DNA from: Camelus dromedarius
Lineage: Eukaryota
Direction of reading: 5' to 3'
Assembly: GCF_036321535.1 (NCBI RefSeq)
Contig: NC_087436.1
Span: 3,410,001-3,474,000, forward strand
DNA length: 64,000 bases
The first letter of the stretch is position 1, and each line of letters opens with the position of its first letter. This document shows positions 13,751 through 26,000 of the stretch, piece by piece. A model generated the notes under the pieces. The model had not been told where the DNA came from. It did no database searches and was given only the letters and a program-made list of their open reading frames with translations. Both the position numbers and the translations under genes were made by a program.

Positions 13751-14880
13751 TCTCAGTCTGTTTCCTAGTGCCGGTTTGAAGTTCCTGCTGTTTTCACAGC
13801 AATACCGAGTTGGAGCTTGTACCTCCCCATATATATGTATGGAGTGGGGTTTGCAACTGAAAAGAATCTTTGTTTTCCCAACAAGCTATGTGAAGGACGG
13901 CTTTCTCACACACTTATCTCTCAGAACTGAGCATGTGGAGAGACTTTCGTTCATCTAGCACAAAGGGAACGGGTTGCAGGAGAAACTTTTACTCTGGTTT
14001 CTCAGTCTGTTTCCTAGTGCCGGGTTGAAGTTCCTGCAGTTTTCTCTGTAACACCGAGTTGGAGCTAGTACCCTCCCATATATATGTATGGGGTGGAGTT
14101 GGCAACTGAAAAGAAAGTTTGTGTTCCCAACAAGCTAGGTGAAGGACGGCTTTCACACACATTTATCACTCAGAACTGACCATGTGGAGAGACGTTCGTT
14201 CATCTAGCAAAAATGGAACGGGTTGTAGGAGAAAATTTTACTCTGGTTTCTCAGTCTGTTTCCTAGTGCCGATTTGAAGTTCCTGGAGTTTTCACTGTAA
14301 AACCGATTTGGAGCTTGTTACTCCCCATATATATGTATGGAGTGGGGTTTGCAACTGAAAAAAAACTTTGTGTTTCCAACAAGCTAGTTGAAGGACGGCG
14401 TTCACACACAATTATCTCTCAGAACTGAGCATGTGGAGAGACGTTCGTTCATCTAGCACAAAGGGTACGGGTTGCAGGAGAAACTTTTACTCTGGTTTCT
14501 CAGTCTGTTTCCTAGTGCCGGTTTGAAGTTCCTGCTGTTTTCACAGCAATACCGAGTTGGAGCTTGTACCTCCCCATATATATGTATGGAGTGGGGTTTG
14601 CAACTGAAAAGAATCTTTGTTTTCCCAACAAGCTATGTGAAGGACGGCTTTCTCACACACTTATCTCTCAGAACTGAGCATGTGGAGAGACTTTCGTTCA
14701 TCTAGCACAAAGGGAACGGGTTGCAGGAGAAACTTTTACTCTGGTTTCTCAGTCTCTTTCCTAGTGCCGGGTTGAAGTTCCTGCAGTTTTCTCTGTAACA
14801 CCGAGTTGGAGCTAGTACCCTCCCATATATATGTATGGGGTGGAGTTGGCAACTGAAAAGAAAGTTTGTGTTCCCAACAA
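13620..14880. repeat. Local 3-monomer duplication (period 747 bp)
   Basis: Identical ORFs at 13725 and 14472. The same chimeric monomer (GGGTACGGG start joined to an E-type body) appears twice. Boundaries are approximate. Confidence 0.75.
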
Positions 14881-16699
14881 GCTATGTGAAGGACGGCGTT
14901 CACACACAATTATCTCTCAGAACTGAGCATGTGGAGAGACGTTCGTTCATCTAGCACAAAGGGTACGGGTTGCAGGAGAAACTTTTACTCTGGTTTCTCA
15001 GTCTGTTTCATAGTGCCGGTTTGAAGTTCCTGCAGTTTTCACTGTAAAACCGAGTTGGAGTTTGTACCTCACCATACATATGTATGGAGTGGATTTTGCA
15101 ACTGAAAAGAAACTTTGTGTTCCCAACAATATAGGAGAAGGACGGCTTTAACACAAACATATCTCTCAGAACTGAGCATGTGGAGAGACGTTCGTTCATC
15201 TAGCACAAAGGGAACGGGTTGCTTTAGAAACTTTTACTCTGGTTACTCAGTCTGTTTCCTAGTGCCGGGGTGAAGTTCCTGCAGTTTTCACAGCAATACC
15301 GAGGTGGAGCTTGTACCTCCCCATATATATGTATGGAGTGGAGTTTGAAACTGAAAAGAAACTATGTGTTCCCAACAAGCTATATGAAGGACGGCTTTCA
15401 CACACACTTATCTCTCAGAACTGAGCATGTGGAGAGACGTTCGTTCATATAGCACAAAGGGAACGGGTTGCAGGAGAAACATTTACTCTGGTTTCTCAGT
15501 CTGTTTCCTAGTGTCGGTTTGAAGTTCCTACAGTTTTCACTGTAAAACCGAGTTGGAGCTAGTACGTCCCCATATATATGTATGGAGTGGAGTTTGCAAA
15601 TGAAAAGAAACTTTGTGTTCCCAACAAGCTAGTTGAAGGACGGCTTTCACACACACATTTCTCTCAGAACAGAGCATGTGTAGAGACGTTCGTTCATCTA
15701 CCACAAAGGGAACGGGTTGCTTTAGAAACTTTTACTCTGGTTTCTCAGTCTGTTTCCTAGTGCCGGTTTGAAGTTCCTGCAGTTTTCACTGTAAAACCGA
15801 GTTGGAGTTTGTACCTCACCATACATATGTATGGAGTGGATTTTGCAACTGAAAAGAAACTTTGTGTTCCCAACATGCTATGTGAAGGACGGCTTTCACA
15901 CACACTTATCTCTCAGAACTGAGCATGTGGAGAGACTTTCGTTCATCTAGCAAAAAGGGAACGGGTTGCAGGAGAAACTTTTACTCTGGTTTCTCAGTCT
16001 GTTTCCTAGTGCCGGGTTGAGGTTCCTGCAGTTTTCACTGTAACACCGAGTTGGAGCTAGTACCCCCCCATATATATGTATGGAGTGGAGTTGGCAACTG
16101 AAAAGAAAGTTTGTGTTCCCATCAAGCTAGCTGAAGGACGGCTTTCAAACACATTTATCACTCAGAACTGAGCATGTGGAGAGACGTTCGTTCATCTAGC
16201 AAAAAGGGAACGGGTTGTATTAGAAACTTTTACTCTGGTTTCTCAGTCTGTTTCCTAGTGCCGATTTGAAGTTCCTGCAGTTTTCACTGTAAAACCGAGT
16301 TGGAGCTTGTAACTCCCCATATATATGTATGGAGTGGGGTTTGGAACTGAAAAAAAACTTTGTGTTTCCAACAAGCTAGGTGAAGGTCGGCTTTCACACA
16401 CAATTATCTCTCAGAACTGAGCATGTGGAGAGACGTTCGTTCATCTAGCACAAAGGGTACGGGTTGCAGGAGAAACTCTTACACTGGTTTCTCAGTCTGT
16501 TTCCTAGTGCCGGTTTGAAGTTCCTGCAGTTTTCACTGTAAAACCGAGTTGGAGATTGTACCTCACCATACATATGTATGGAGTGGATTTTGCAACTGAA
16601 AAGAAACTTTGTGTTCCCAACAAGTTAGGAGAAGGACGGCTTTAACACAAACTTATATCTCAGAACTGAGCATGTGGAGAGACGTTCGTTCATCTAGCA

Positions 16700-19600
16700 C
16701 AAAGGGAACGGGTTGCTTTAGAAACTTTTACTCTGGATTCTCAGTCTGTTTCCTAGTGCCGGTTTGAAGTTCCTGCAGTTTTCACTGTAAAACCGAGTTG
16801 GAGCTATTACGTCCCCATATATATGTATGGAGTGGAGTTTGCAACTGAAAAGAAACTTTGTATTCCCAAAAAGCTAGTTGAAGGACGGCTTTCACACACA
16901 CATTTCTCTCAGAACAGAGCATGTGGAGAGACGTTCGTTCATCTAGCACAAAGGGTACGGGTTGCAGGAGAAACTCTTACACTGGTTTCTCAGTCTGTTT
17001 CCTAGTGCCGGTTTGAAGTTCCTGCTGTTTTCACTGTAAAACCGTGTTGGAACTTGTAACTCCAAATATATATGTATGGAGTGGGGTTTGCAACTGAAAA
17101 AAAAACTTTGTGTTTCCAACAAGCTAGTTGAAGGACGGCGTTCACACACAATTATCTCTCAGAACTGAGCATGTGGAGAGACGTTCGTTCATCTAGCACA
17201 AAGGGTACGGGTTGCAGGAGAAACTTTTACTCTGGTTTCTCAGTCTGTTTCCTAGTGCCTGTTTGAAGTTCCTGCAGTTTTCACTGTAAAACCGAGTTGG
17301 AGTTTGTACCTCACCATACATATGTATGGAGTGGATTTTGCAACTGAAAAGAAACTTTGTGTTCCCAACAAGATAGGAGAAGGACGGCTTTAACACAAAC
17401 TTATCTCTCAGAACTGAGCATGTGGAGAGACGTTCATTCATCTAGCACAAAGGGAACGGGTTGCTTTAGAAACTTTTACTCTGGTTACTCAGTCTGTTTC
17501 CTAGTGCTGGGGTGAAGTTCCTGCAGTTTTCACAGCAATACCGAGTTGGAGTTTGTAACTCTCCATATATATGTATGGATTGGGTTTGCAACTGAAAAGA
17601 ATCTTTGTGTTCCCAACAAGCTATTTGAAGGACGGCTATCACACACACTTATCTTTCAGAAATGAGCATGTGGAGAGACGTTCGTTCATCTATCACAAAT
17701 GGAATGGGTTGCATGTGAAACTTTTACTCTGGTTTCTCAGTCTGTTTCCTAGAGCCGGTTTGAAGTTCCTGCAGTTTTCACTGTAAAACCGAGTTGGAAC
17801 TAGTACCTCCCCATATATATGTATGGAGTGGAGTTTGAAACTGAAAAGAAACTATGTGTTCCCAACAAGCTATATGAAGGACGGCTTTCACACACACTTA
17901 TCTCTCAGAACTGAGCATGTGGAGAGACGTTCGTTCATCTAGCACAAAGGGAACGGGTTGCAGGAGAAACTTTTCTCTGGTTTCTCAGTCTGTTTCCTAG
18001 TGCCGGTTTGAAGTTCCTACAGTTTTCACTGTAAAACCGAGTTGGAGCTAGTACCCGCCCATATATATGTATGTGGTGGTGTTGGCAACTGAAAAGAAAG
18101 TTTGTGTTCCCAACAAGCTAGGTGAAGGACGGCTTTCACACACATTTATCACTCAGAACTGAGCATGTGGAGAGACGTTCGTTCATCTAGCAAAAATGGA
18201 ACGGGTTGTAGGAGAAAATTTTACTCTGGTTTCTCAGTCTGTTTTCTAGTGCCGATTTGAAGTTCCTGCAGTTTTCACTGTAAAACCGAGTTGGAGTTTG
18301 TACCTCACCATACATATGTATGGAGTGGATTTTGCAACTGAAAAGAAACTTTGTGTTCCCAACAATATAGGAGAAGGACGGCTTTAACACAAACTTATGT
18401 CTCAGAACTGAGCATGTGGAGAGACGTTGGTTCATCTAGCACAAAGGGAACGGGTTGCTTTAGAAACTTTTACTCTGGATTCTCAGTCTGTTTCCTAGTG
18501 CCGGTTGGAAGTTCCTGCAGTTTTCTCTGTAAAACCGAGTTGGAGCTAGTACGTCCCCATATATATGTATGGAGTGGAGTTTGCAACTGAAAAGAAACTT
18601 TGTATTCCCAAAAAGCTAGTTGAAGGACGGCTTTCACACACACATTTCTCTCAGAACAGAGCATGTGGAGAGACGTTCGTTCATCTAGCACAAAGGGTAC
18701 GGGTTGCAGGAGAAACTCTTACACTGGTTTCTCAGTCTGTTTCCTAGTGCCGGTTTGAAGTTCCTGCTGTTTTCACTGTAAAACCGTGTTGGAGCTTGTA
18801 ACTCCAAATATATATGTATGGAGTGGGGTTTGCAACTGAAAAAAAAACTTTGTGTTTCCAACAAGCTAGTTGAAGAACGGCGTTCACACACAATTATCTC
18901 TCAGAACTGAGCATGTGGAGAGACGTTCGTTCATCTAGCACAAAGGGTACGGGTTGCAGGAGAAACTTTTACTCTGGTTTCTCAGTCTGTTTCCTAGTGC
19001 CGGTTTGAAGTTCCTGCAGTTTTCACTGTAAAACCGAGTTGGAGTTTGTACCTCACCATACATATGTATGGAGTGGATTTTGCAACTGAAAAGAAACTTT
19101 GTGTTCCCAACAAGATAGGAGAAGGACGGCTTTAACACAAACTTATCTCTCAGAACTGAGCATGTGGAGAGATGTTCGTTCATCTAGCACAAAGGGAACG
19201 GGTTGCTTTAGAAACTTTTACTCTGGTTACTCAGTCTGTTTCCTAGTGCTGGGGTGAAGTTCCTGCAGTTTTCACAGCAATACCGAGTTGGAGTTTGTAA
19301 CTCCCCATATATATGTATGGATTGGGATTGCAACTGAAAAGAATCTTTGTGTTCCCAACAAGCTATTTGAAGGACGGCTTTCACACACACTTATCTCTCA
19401 GAAATGAGCATGTGGAGAGACGTTCGTGCATCTATCACAAATGGAATGGGTTGCATGTGAAACTTTTACTCTGGTTTCTCAGTCTGTTTCCTAGAGCCGG
19501 TTTGAAGTTCCTGCAGTTTTCACTGTAAAACCGAGTTGGAACTAGTACCTCCCCATATATATGTATGGAGTGGAGTTTGAAACTGAAAAGAAACTATGTG

Positions 19601-20030
19601 TTCCCAACAAGCTATATGAAGGACGGCTTTCACACACACTTATCTCTCAGAACTGAGCATGTGGAGAGACGTTCGTTCATCTAGCACAAAGGGAACGGGT
19701 TGCAGGAGAAACTTTTACTCTGGTTTTTCAGTCTGTTTCCTAGTGCCGGTTTGAAGTTCCTACAGTTTTCACTGTAAAACCGAGTTGGAGCTAGTACCCC
19801 CCCATATATATGTATGGGGTGGTGTTGGCAACTGAAAAGAAAATTTGTGTTCCCAACAAGCTAGGTGAAGGACGGCTTTCACACACATTTATCACTCAGA
19901 ACTGACCATGTGGAGAGACGTTCGTTCATCTAGCAAAAATGGAACGGGTTGTAGGAGAAAATTTTACTCTGGTTTCTCAGTCTGTTTCCTAGTGCCGATT
20001 TGAAGTTCCTGCAGTTTTCACTGTAAAACC
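16700..20030. repeat. Tandem duplication of a 7-monomer block (period 1742 bp)
   Basis: ORF offsets 16823->18565, 16943->18685, 17193->18935, 17466->19208 and 17571->19313 are all 1742. Boundaries are approximate. Confidence 0.85.
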
Positions 20031-23000
20031 GAGTTGGAGCTTGTAACTCCCCATATATATGTATGGAGTGGGGTTTGCAACTGAAAAAAAACTTTGTGTT
20101 TCCAAAAAGCTAGGTGAAGGACGGCGTTCACACACAATTATCTCTCAGATCTGAGCATGTGGAGAGACGTTCGTTCATCTAGCACAAAGGGTACGGGTTG
20201 CAGGAGAAACTTTTACTCTGGTTTCTCAGTCTGTTTCCTAGTGCCGGTTTGAAGTTCCTGCAGTTTTCACTGTAAAACCGAGTTGGAGTTTGTACCTCAC
20301 CATACATATGTATGGAGTGGATTTTGCAACTGAAAAGAAACTTTGTGTTCCCAACAATATAGGAGAAGGACGGCTTTAACACAAACTTATCTCTCAGAAC
20401 TGAGCATGTGGAGAGACGTTCGTTCATCTAGCACAAAGGGAACGGGTTGCTTTAGAAACTTTTACTCTGGTTACTCAGTCTGTTTCCTAGTGCCGGGGTG
20501 AAGTTCCTGCAGTTTTCACAGCAATACCGAGTTGGAGCTTGTACCTCACCATATATATGTATGGAGTGGAGTTTGAAACTGAAAAGAAACTATGTGTTCC
20601 CAACAAGCTATATGAAGGACGGCTTTCACACACACTTATCTCTCAGAACTGAGCATGTGGTGAGACGTTCGTTCATATAGCACAAAGGGAACGGGTTGCA
20701 GGAGAAACTTTTACTCTGGTTTCTCAGTCTGTTTCCTAGTGCCGGTTTGAAGTTCCTACAGTTTTCACTGTAAAACCGAGTTGGAGCTAGTACGTCCCCA
20801 TATATATGTATGGAGTGGAGTTTGCAACTGAAATGAAAGTTTGTGTTCCCAACAAGCTAGTTGAAGGACGGCTTTCACACACACATTTCTCTCAGAACAG
20901 AGCATGTGGAGAGACGTTCGTTCATCTAGCACAAATGGAACGGGTTGCTTTATAAACTTTTACTGGTTTCTCAGTCTGTTTCCTAGTGCCGGTTTGAAGT
21001 TCCTGCTGTTTTCACAGCAATACCGAGTTGGAGCTTATACCTCCCCATATATATGTATGGAGTGGGGTTTGCAACTGAAAAGAATCTTTGTTTTCCCAAC
21101 AAGCTATGTGAAGGACGGCTTTCTCACACACTTATCTCTCAGAACTGAGCATGTGGAGAGATTTTCGTTCATCTAGCACAAAGGGAACGGGTTGCAGGAG
21201 AAACTTTTACTCTGGTTTCTCAGTCTGTTTCCTAGTGCCGGGTTGAAGTTCCTGCAGTTTTCTCTGTAACACCGAGTTGGAGCTAGTACCCTCCCATATA
21301 TATGTATGGGGTGGAGTTGGCAACTGAAAAGAAAGTTTGTGTTCCCAACAAGCTAGGTGAAGGACGGCTTTCACACACATTTATCACTCAGAACTGACCA
21401 TGTGGAGAGACGTTCGTTCATCTAGCAAAAATGGAACGGGTTGTAGGAGAAAATTTTACTCTGGTTTCTCAGTCTGTTTCCTAGTGCCGATTTGAAGTTC
21501 CTGCAGTTTTCACTGTAAAACCGAGTTGGAGCTTGTTACTCCCCATATATATGTATGGAGTGGGGTTTGCAACTGAAAAAAAACTTTGTGTTTCCAAAAA
21601 GCTAGGTGAAGGACGGCGTTCACACACAATTATCTCTCAGAACTGAGCATGTGGAGAGACGTTAGTTCATCTAGCACAAAGGGTACGGGTTGCAGGAGAA
21701 ACTTTTACTCTGGTTTCTCAGTCTGTTTCCTAGTGCCGGTTTGAAGTTCCTGCAGTTTTCACTGTAAAACCGAGTTGGAGTTTGTACCTCACCATACATA
21801 TGTATGGAGTGGATTTTGCAACTGAAAAGAAACTTTGTGTTCCCAACAATATAGGAGAAGGACGGCTTTAACACAAACATATCTCTCAGAACTGAGCATG
21901 TGGAGAGACGTTCGTTCATCTAGCACAAAGGGAACGGGTTGCTTTAGAAACTTTTACTCTGGTTACTCAGTCTGTTTCCTAGTGCCGGGGTGAAGTTCCT
22001 GCAGTTTTCACAGCAATACCGAGTTGGAGCTAGTACGTCCCCATATATATGTATGGAGTGGAGTTTGCAACTGAAAAGAAACTTTGTGTTCCCAAGAAGC
22101 TAGTTGAAGGACGGCTTTCACACACACATTTCTCTCAGAACAGAGCATGTGTAGAGACGTTCGTTCATCTAGCACAAAGGGAACGGGTTGCTTTAGAAAC
22201 TTTTACTCTGGTTTCTCAGTCTGTTTCCTAGTGCTGGTTTGAAGTTCCTGCAGTTTTCACTGTAAAACCGAGTTGGAGTTTGTACCTCACCATACATATG
22301 TATGGAGTGGATTTTGCAACTGAAAAGAAACTTTGTGTTCCCAACATGCTATGTGAAGGACGGCTTTCACACACACTTATCTCTCAGAACTGAGCATGTG
22401 GAGAGACTTTCGTTCATCTAGCAAAAAGGGAACGGGTTGCAGGAGAAACTTTTACTCTGGTTTCTCAGTCTGTTTCCTAGTGCCGGGTTGAAGTTCCTGC
22501 AGTTTTCACTGTAACACCGAGTTGGAGCTAGTACCCCTCCATATATATGTATGGAGTGGAGTTGGCAACTGAAAAGAAAGTTTGTGTTCCCATCAAGCTA
22601 GCTGAAGGACGGCTTTCACACACATTTATCACTCAGAACTGAGCAGGTGGAGAGACGTTCGTTCATCTAGCCAAAAGGGAACGGGTTGCAGGAGAAACTT
22701 TTACTCTGGTTTCTCAGTCTGTTTCCTAGTGCCGATTTGAAGTTCCTGCAGTTTTCACTGTAAAACCGAGTTGGAGCTTGTAACTCCCCATATATATGTA
22801 TGGAGTGGGGTTTGGAACTGAAAAAAAACTTTGTGTTTCCAACAAGCTAGGTGAAGGTCGGCTTTAACACACAATTATCTCTCAGAACTGAGCATGTGGA
22901 GAGACGTTCGTACATCTAGCACAAAGGGTACGGGTTGCAGTAGAAACTATTACACTGGTTTCTCAGTCTGTTTCCTAGTGCCGGTTTGAAGTTCCTGCAG

Positions 23001-26000
23001 TTTTCACTGTAAAACCGAGTTGGAGATTGTACCTCACCATACATATGTATGGAGTGGATTTTGCAACTGAAAAGAAACTTTGTGTTCCCAACAAGTTAGG
23101 AGAAGGACGGCTTTAACACAAACTTATATCTCAGAACTGAGCATGTGGAGAGACGTTCGTTCATCTAGCACAAAGGGAACGGGTTGCTTTAGAAACTTTT
23201 ACTCTGGATTCTCAGTCTGTTTCCTAGTGCCGGTTTGAAGTTCCTGCAGTTTTCACTGTAAAACCGAGTTGGAGCTAGTACGTCCCCATATATATGTATG
23301 GAGTGGAGTTTGCAACTGAAAAGAAACTTTGTATTCCCAAAAAGCTAGTTGAAGGACGGCTTTCACACACACATTTCTCTCAGAACAGAGCATGTGGAGA
23401 GACGTTCGTTCATCTAGCACAAAGGGTACGGGTTGCAGGAGAAACTCTTACACTGGTTTCTCAGTCTGTTTCCTAGTGCCGGTTTGAAGTTCCTGCTGTT
23501 TTCACTGTAAAACCGAGTTGGAGATTGTACCTCACCATACATATGTATGGAGTGGATTTTGCAACTGAAAAGAAACTTTGTGTTCCCAACAAGATAGGAG
23601 AAGTATGGCTTTAACACAAAGTTATATCTCAGAACTGAGCATGTGGAGAGACGTTCGTTCATCTAGCAAAAAGGGAACGGTTTGCTTTAGAAACTTTTAC
23701 TCTGGTTTCTCAGTCTGTTTCCTAGTGCCGGTTTGAAGTTCCTGCAGTTTTCACAGCAATACCGAGTTGGAGTTTGTACCTCCCCATATATATGTATGGA
23801 TTGGAGTTTGTAACTGAAAAGAAACTTTGTGTTCCCAACAAGCTAGGTGAAGGACGGCTTTCACACACATTTATCTCTCAGAACTTAGCATGTGGAGAGA
23901 CGTTCGTTCATCTACAACAAAGGGTACGGGTTGCAGGAGAAACTCTTACACTGGTTTCTCAGTCTGTTTCCTAGTGCCGGTTTGAAGTTCCTGCAGTTTT
24001 CACTGTAAAACCGCGTTGGAGATTGTACCTCACCATACATATGTATGGAGTGGATTTTGCAACTGAAAAGAAACTTTGTGTTCCCAACAAGATAGGAGAA
24101 GGACGGCTTTAACACAAACTTTTATCTCAGAATTGAGCATGTGGAGAGACGTTCGTTCATCTAGCACAAAGGGAACGGGTTGCTTTAGAAACTTTTACTC
24201 TGGTTTCTAAGTCTGTTTCCTAGTGCCGGTTTGAAGTTCCTGAAGTTTTCACTGTAAAACCGAGTTGGAACTAGTACTTCCCCATATATATGTATGGAGT
24301 GGAGTTTGCAACTGAAAAGAAACTTGTGTTCCCAACAAGCTATATGAAGGACGGCTTTCACACACACTTATCTCGCAGAACTGAGCATGTGGAGAGACGT
24401 TCGTTCATCTAGCAAAAAGGGAACGGTTTGCAGGTGAAAGTTTTCTCTGGTTTCTCAGTCTGTTTCCTAGAACCGGTTTGAAGTTCCTGCAGTTTTTACT
24501 GTAAAACCGAGTTGGAGCTTTTACCTCCCCATATATATGTATGGATTGGAGTTTGCAACTGAAAAGAAACTTGTGTTCCCAACAAGCTATATGAAGGACG
24601 GCTTTCACACACACTTATCTCTCAGAACTGAGCATGTGGAGAGATGTTCGTTCATCTAGCACAAAGGGAACGGGTTGCTTTAGAAACTTTTACTCTGGTT
24701 ACTCAGTCTGTTTCCTAGTGCTGGGGTGAAGTTCCTGCAGTTTTCACAGCAATACCGAGTTGGAGTTTGTAACTCCCCATATATATGTATGGATTGGGTT
24801 TGCAACTGAAAAGAATCTTTGTGTTCCCAACAAGCTATTTGAAGGACGGCTTTCACACACACTTATCTCTCAGAAATGAGCATGTGGAGAGACGTTCGTG
24901 CATCTATCACAAATGGAATGGGTTGCATGTGAAACTTTTACTCTGGTTTCTCAGTCTGTTTCCTAGAGCCGGTTTGAAGTTCCTGCAGTTTTCACTGTAA
25001 AACCGAGTTGGAACTAGTACCTCCCCATATATATGTATGGAGTGGAGTTTGAAACTGAAAAGAAACTATGTGTTCCCAACAAGCTATATGAAGGACGGCT
25101 TTCACACACACTTATCTCTCAGAACTGAGCATGTGGAGAGACGTTCGTTCATCTAGCACAAAGGGAACGGGTTGCAGGGGAAACTTTTACTCTGGTTTCT
25201 CAGTCTGTTTCCTAGTGCCGGTTTGAAGTTCCTACAGTTTTCACTGTAAAACCGAGTTGGAGCTAGTACCCCCCCATATATATGTATGGGGTGGTGTTGG
25301 CAACTGAAAAGAAAGTTTGTGTTCCCAACAAGCTAGGTGAAGGACGGCTTTCACACACATTTATCACTCAGAACTGACCATGTGGAGAGACGTTCGTTCA
25401 TCTAGCAAAAATGGAACGGGTTGTAGGAGAAAATTTTACTCTGGTTTCTCAGTCTGTTTCCTAGTGCCGATTTGAAGTTCCTGCAGTTTTCACTGTAAAA
25501 CCGAGTTGGAGCTTGTAATTCCCCATATATATGTATGGAGTGGGGTTTGCAACTGAAAAAAAACTTTGTGTTTCCAAAAAGCTAGGTGAAGGACGGCGTT
25601 CACACACAATTATCTCTCAGATCTGAGCATGTGGAGAGACGTTCGTTCATCTAGCACAAAGGGTACGGGTTGCAGGAGAAACTTTTACTCTGGTTTCTCA
25701 GTCTGTTTCCTAGTGCCGGTTTGAAGTTCCTGCAGTTTTCACTGTAAAACCGAGTTGGAGTTTGTACCTCACCATACATATGTATGGAGTGGATTTTGCA
25801 ACTGAAAAGAAACTTTGTGTTCCCAACAATATAGGAGAAGGACGGCTTTAACACAAACTTATCTCTCAGAACTGAGCATGTGGAGAGACGTTCGTTCATC
25901 TAGCACAAAGGGAACGGGTTGCTTTAGAAACTTTTACTCTGGTTACTCAGTCTGTTTCCTAGTGCCGGGGTGAAGTTCCTGCAGTTTTCACAGCAATACC

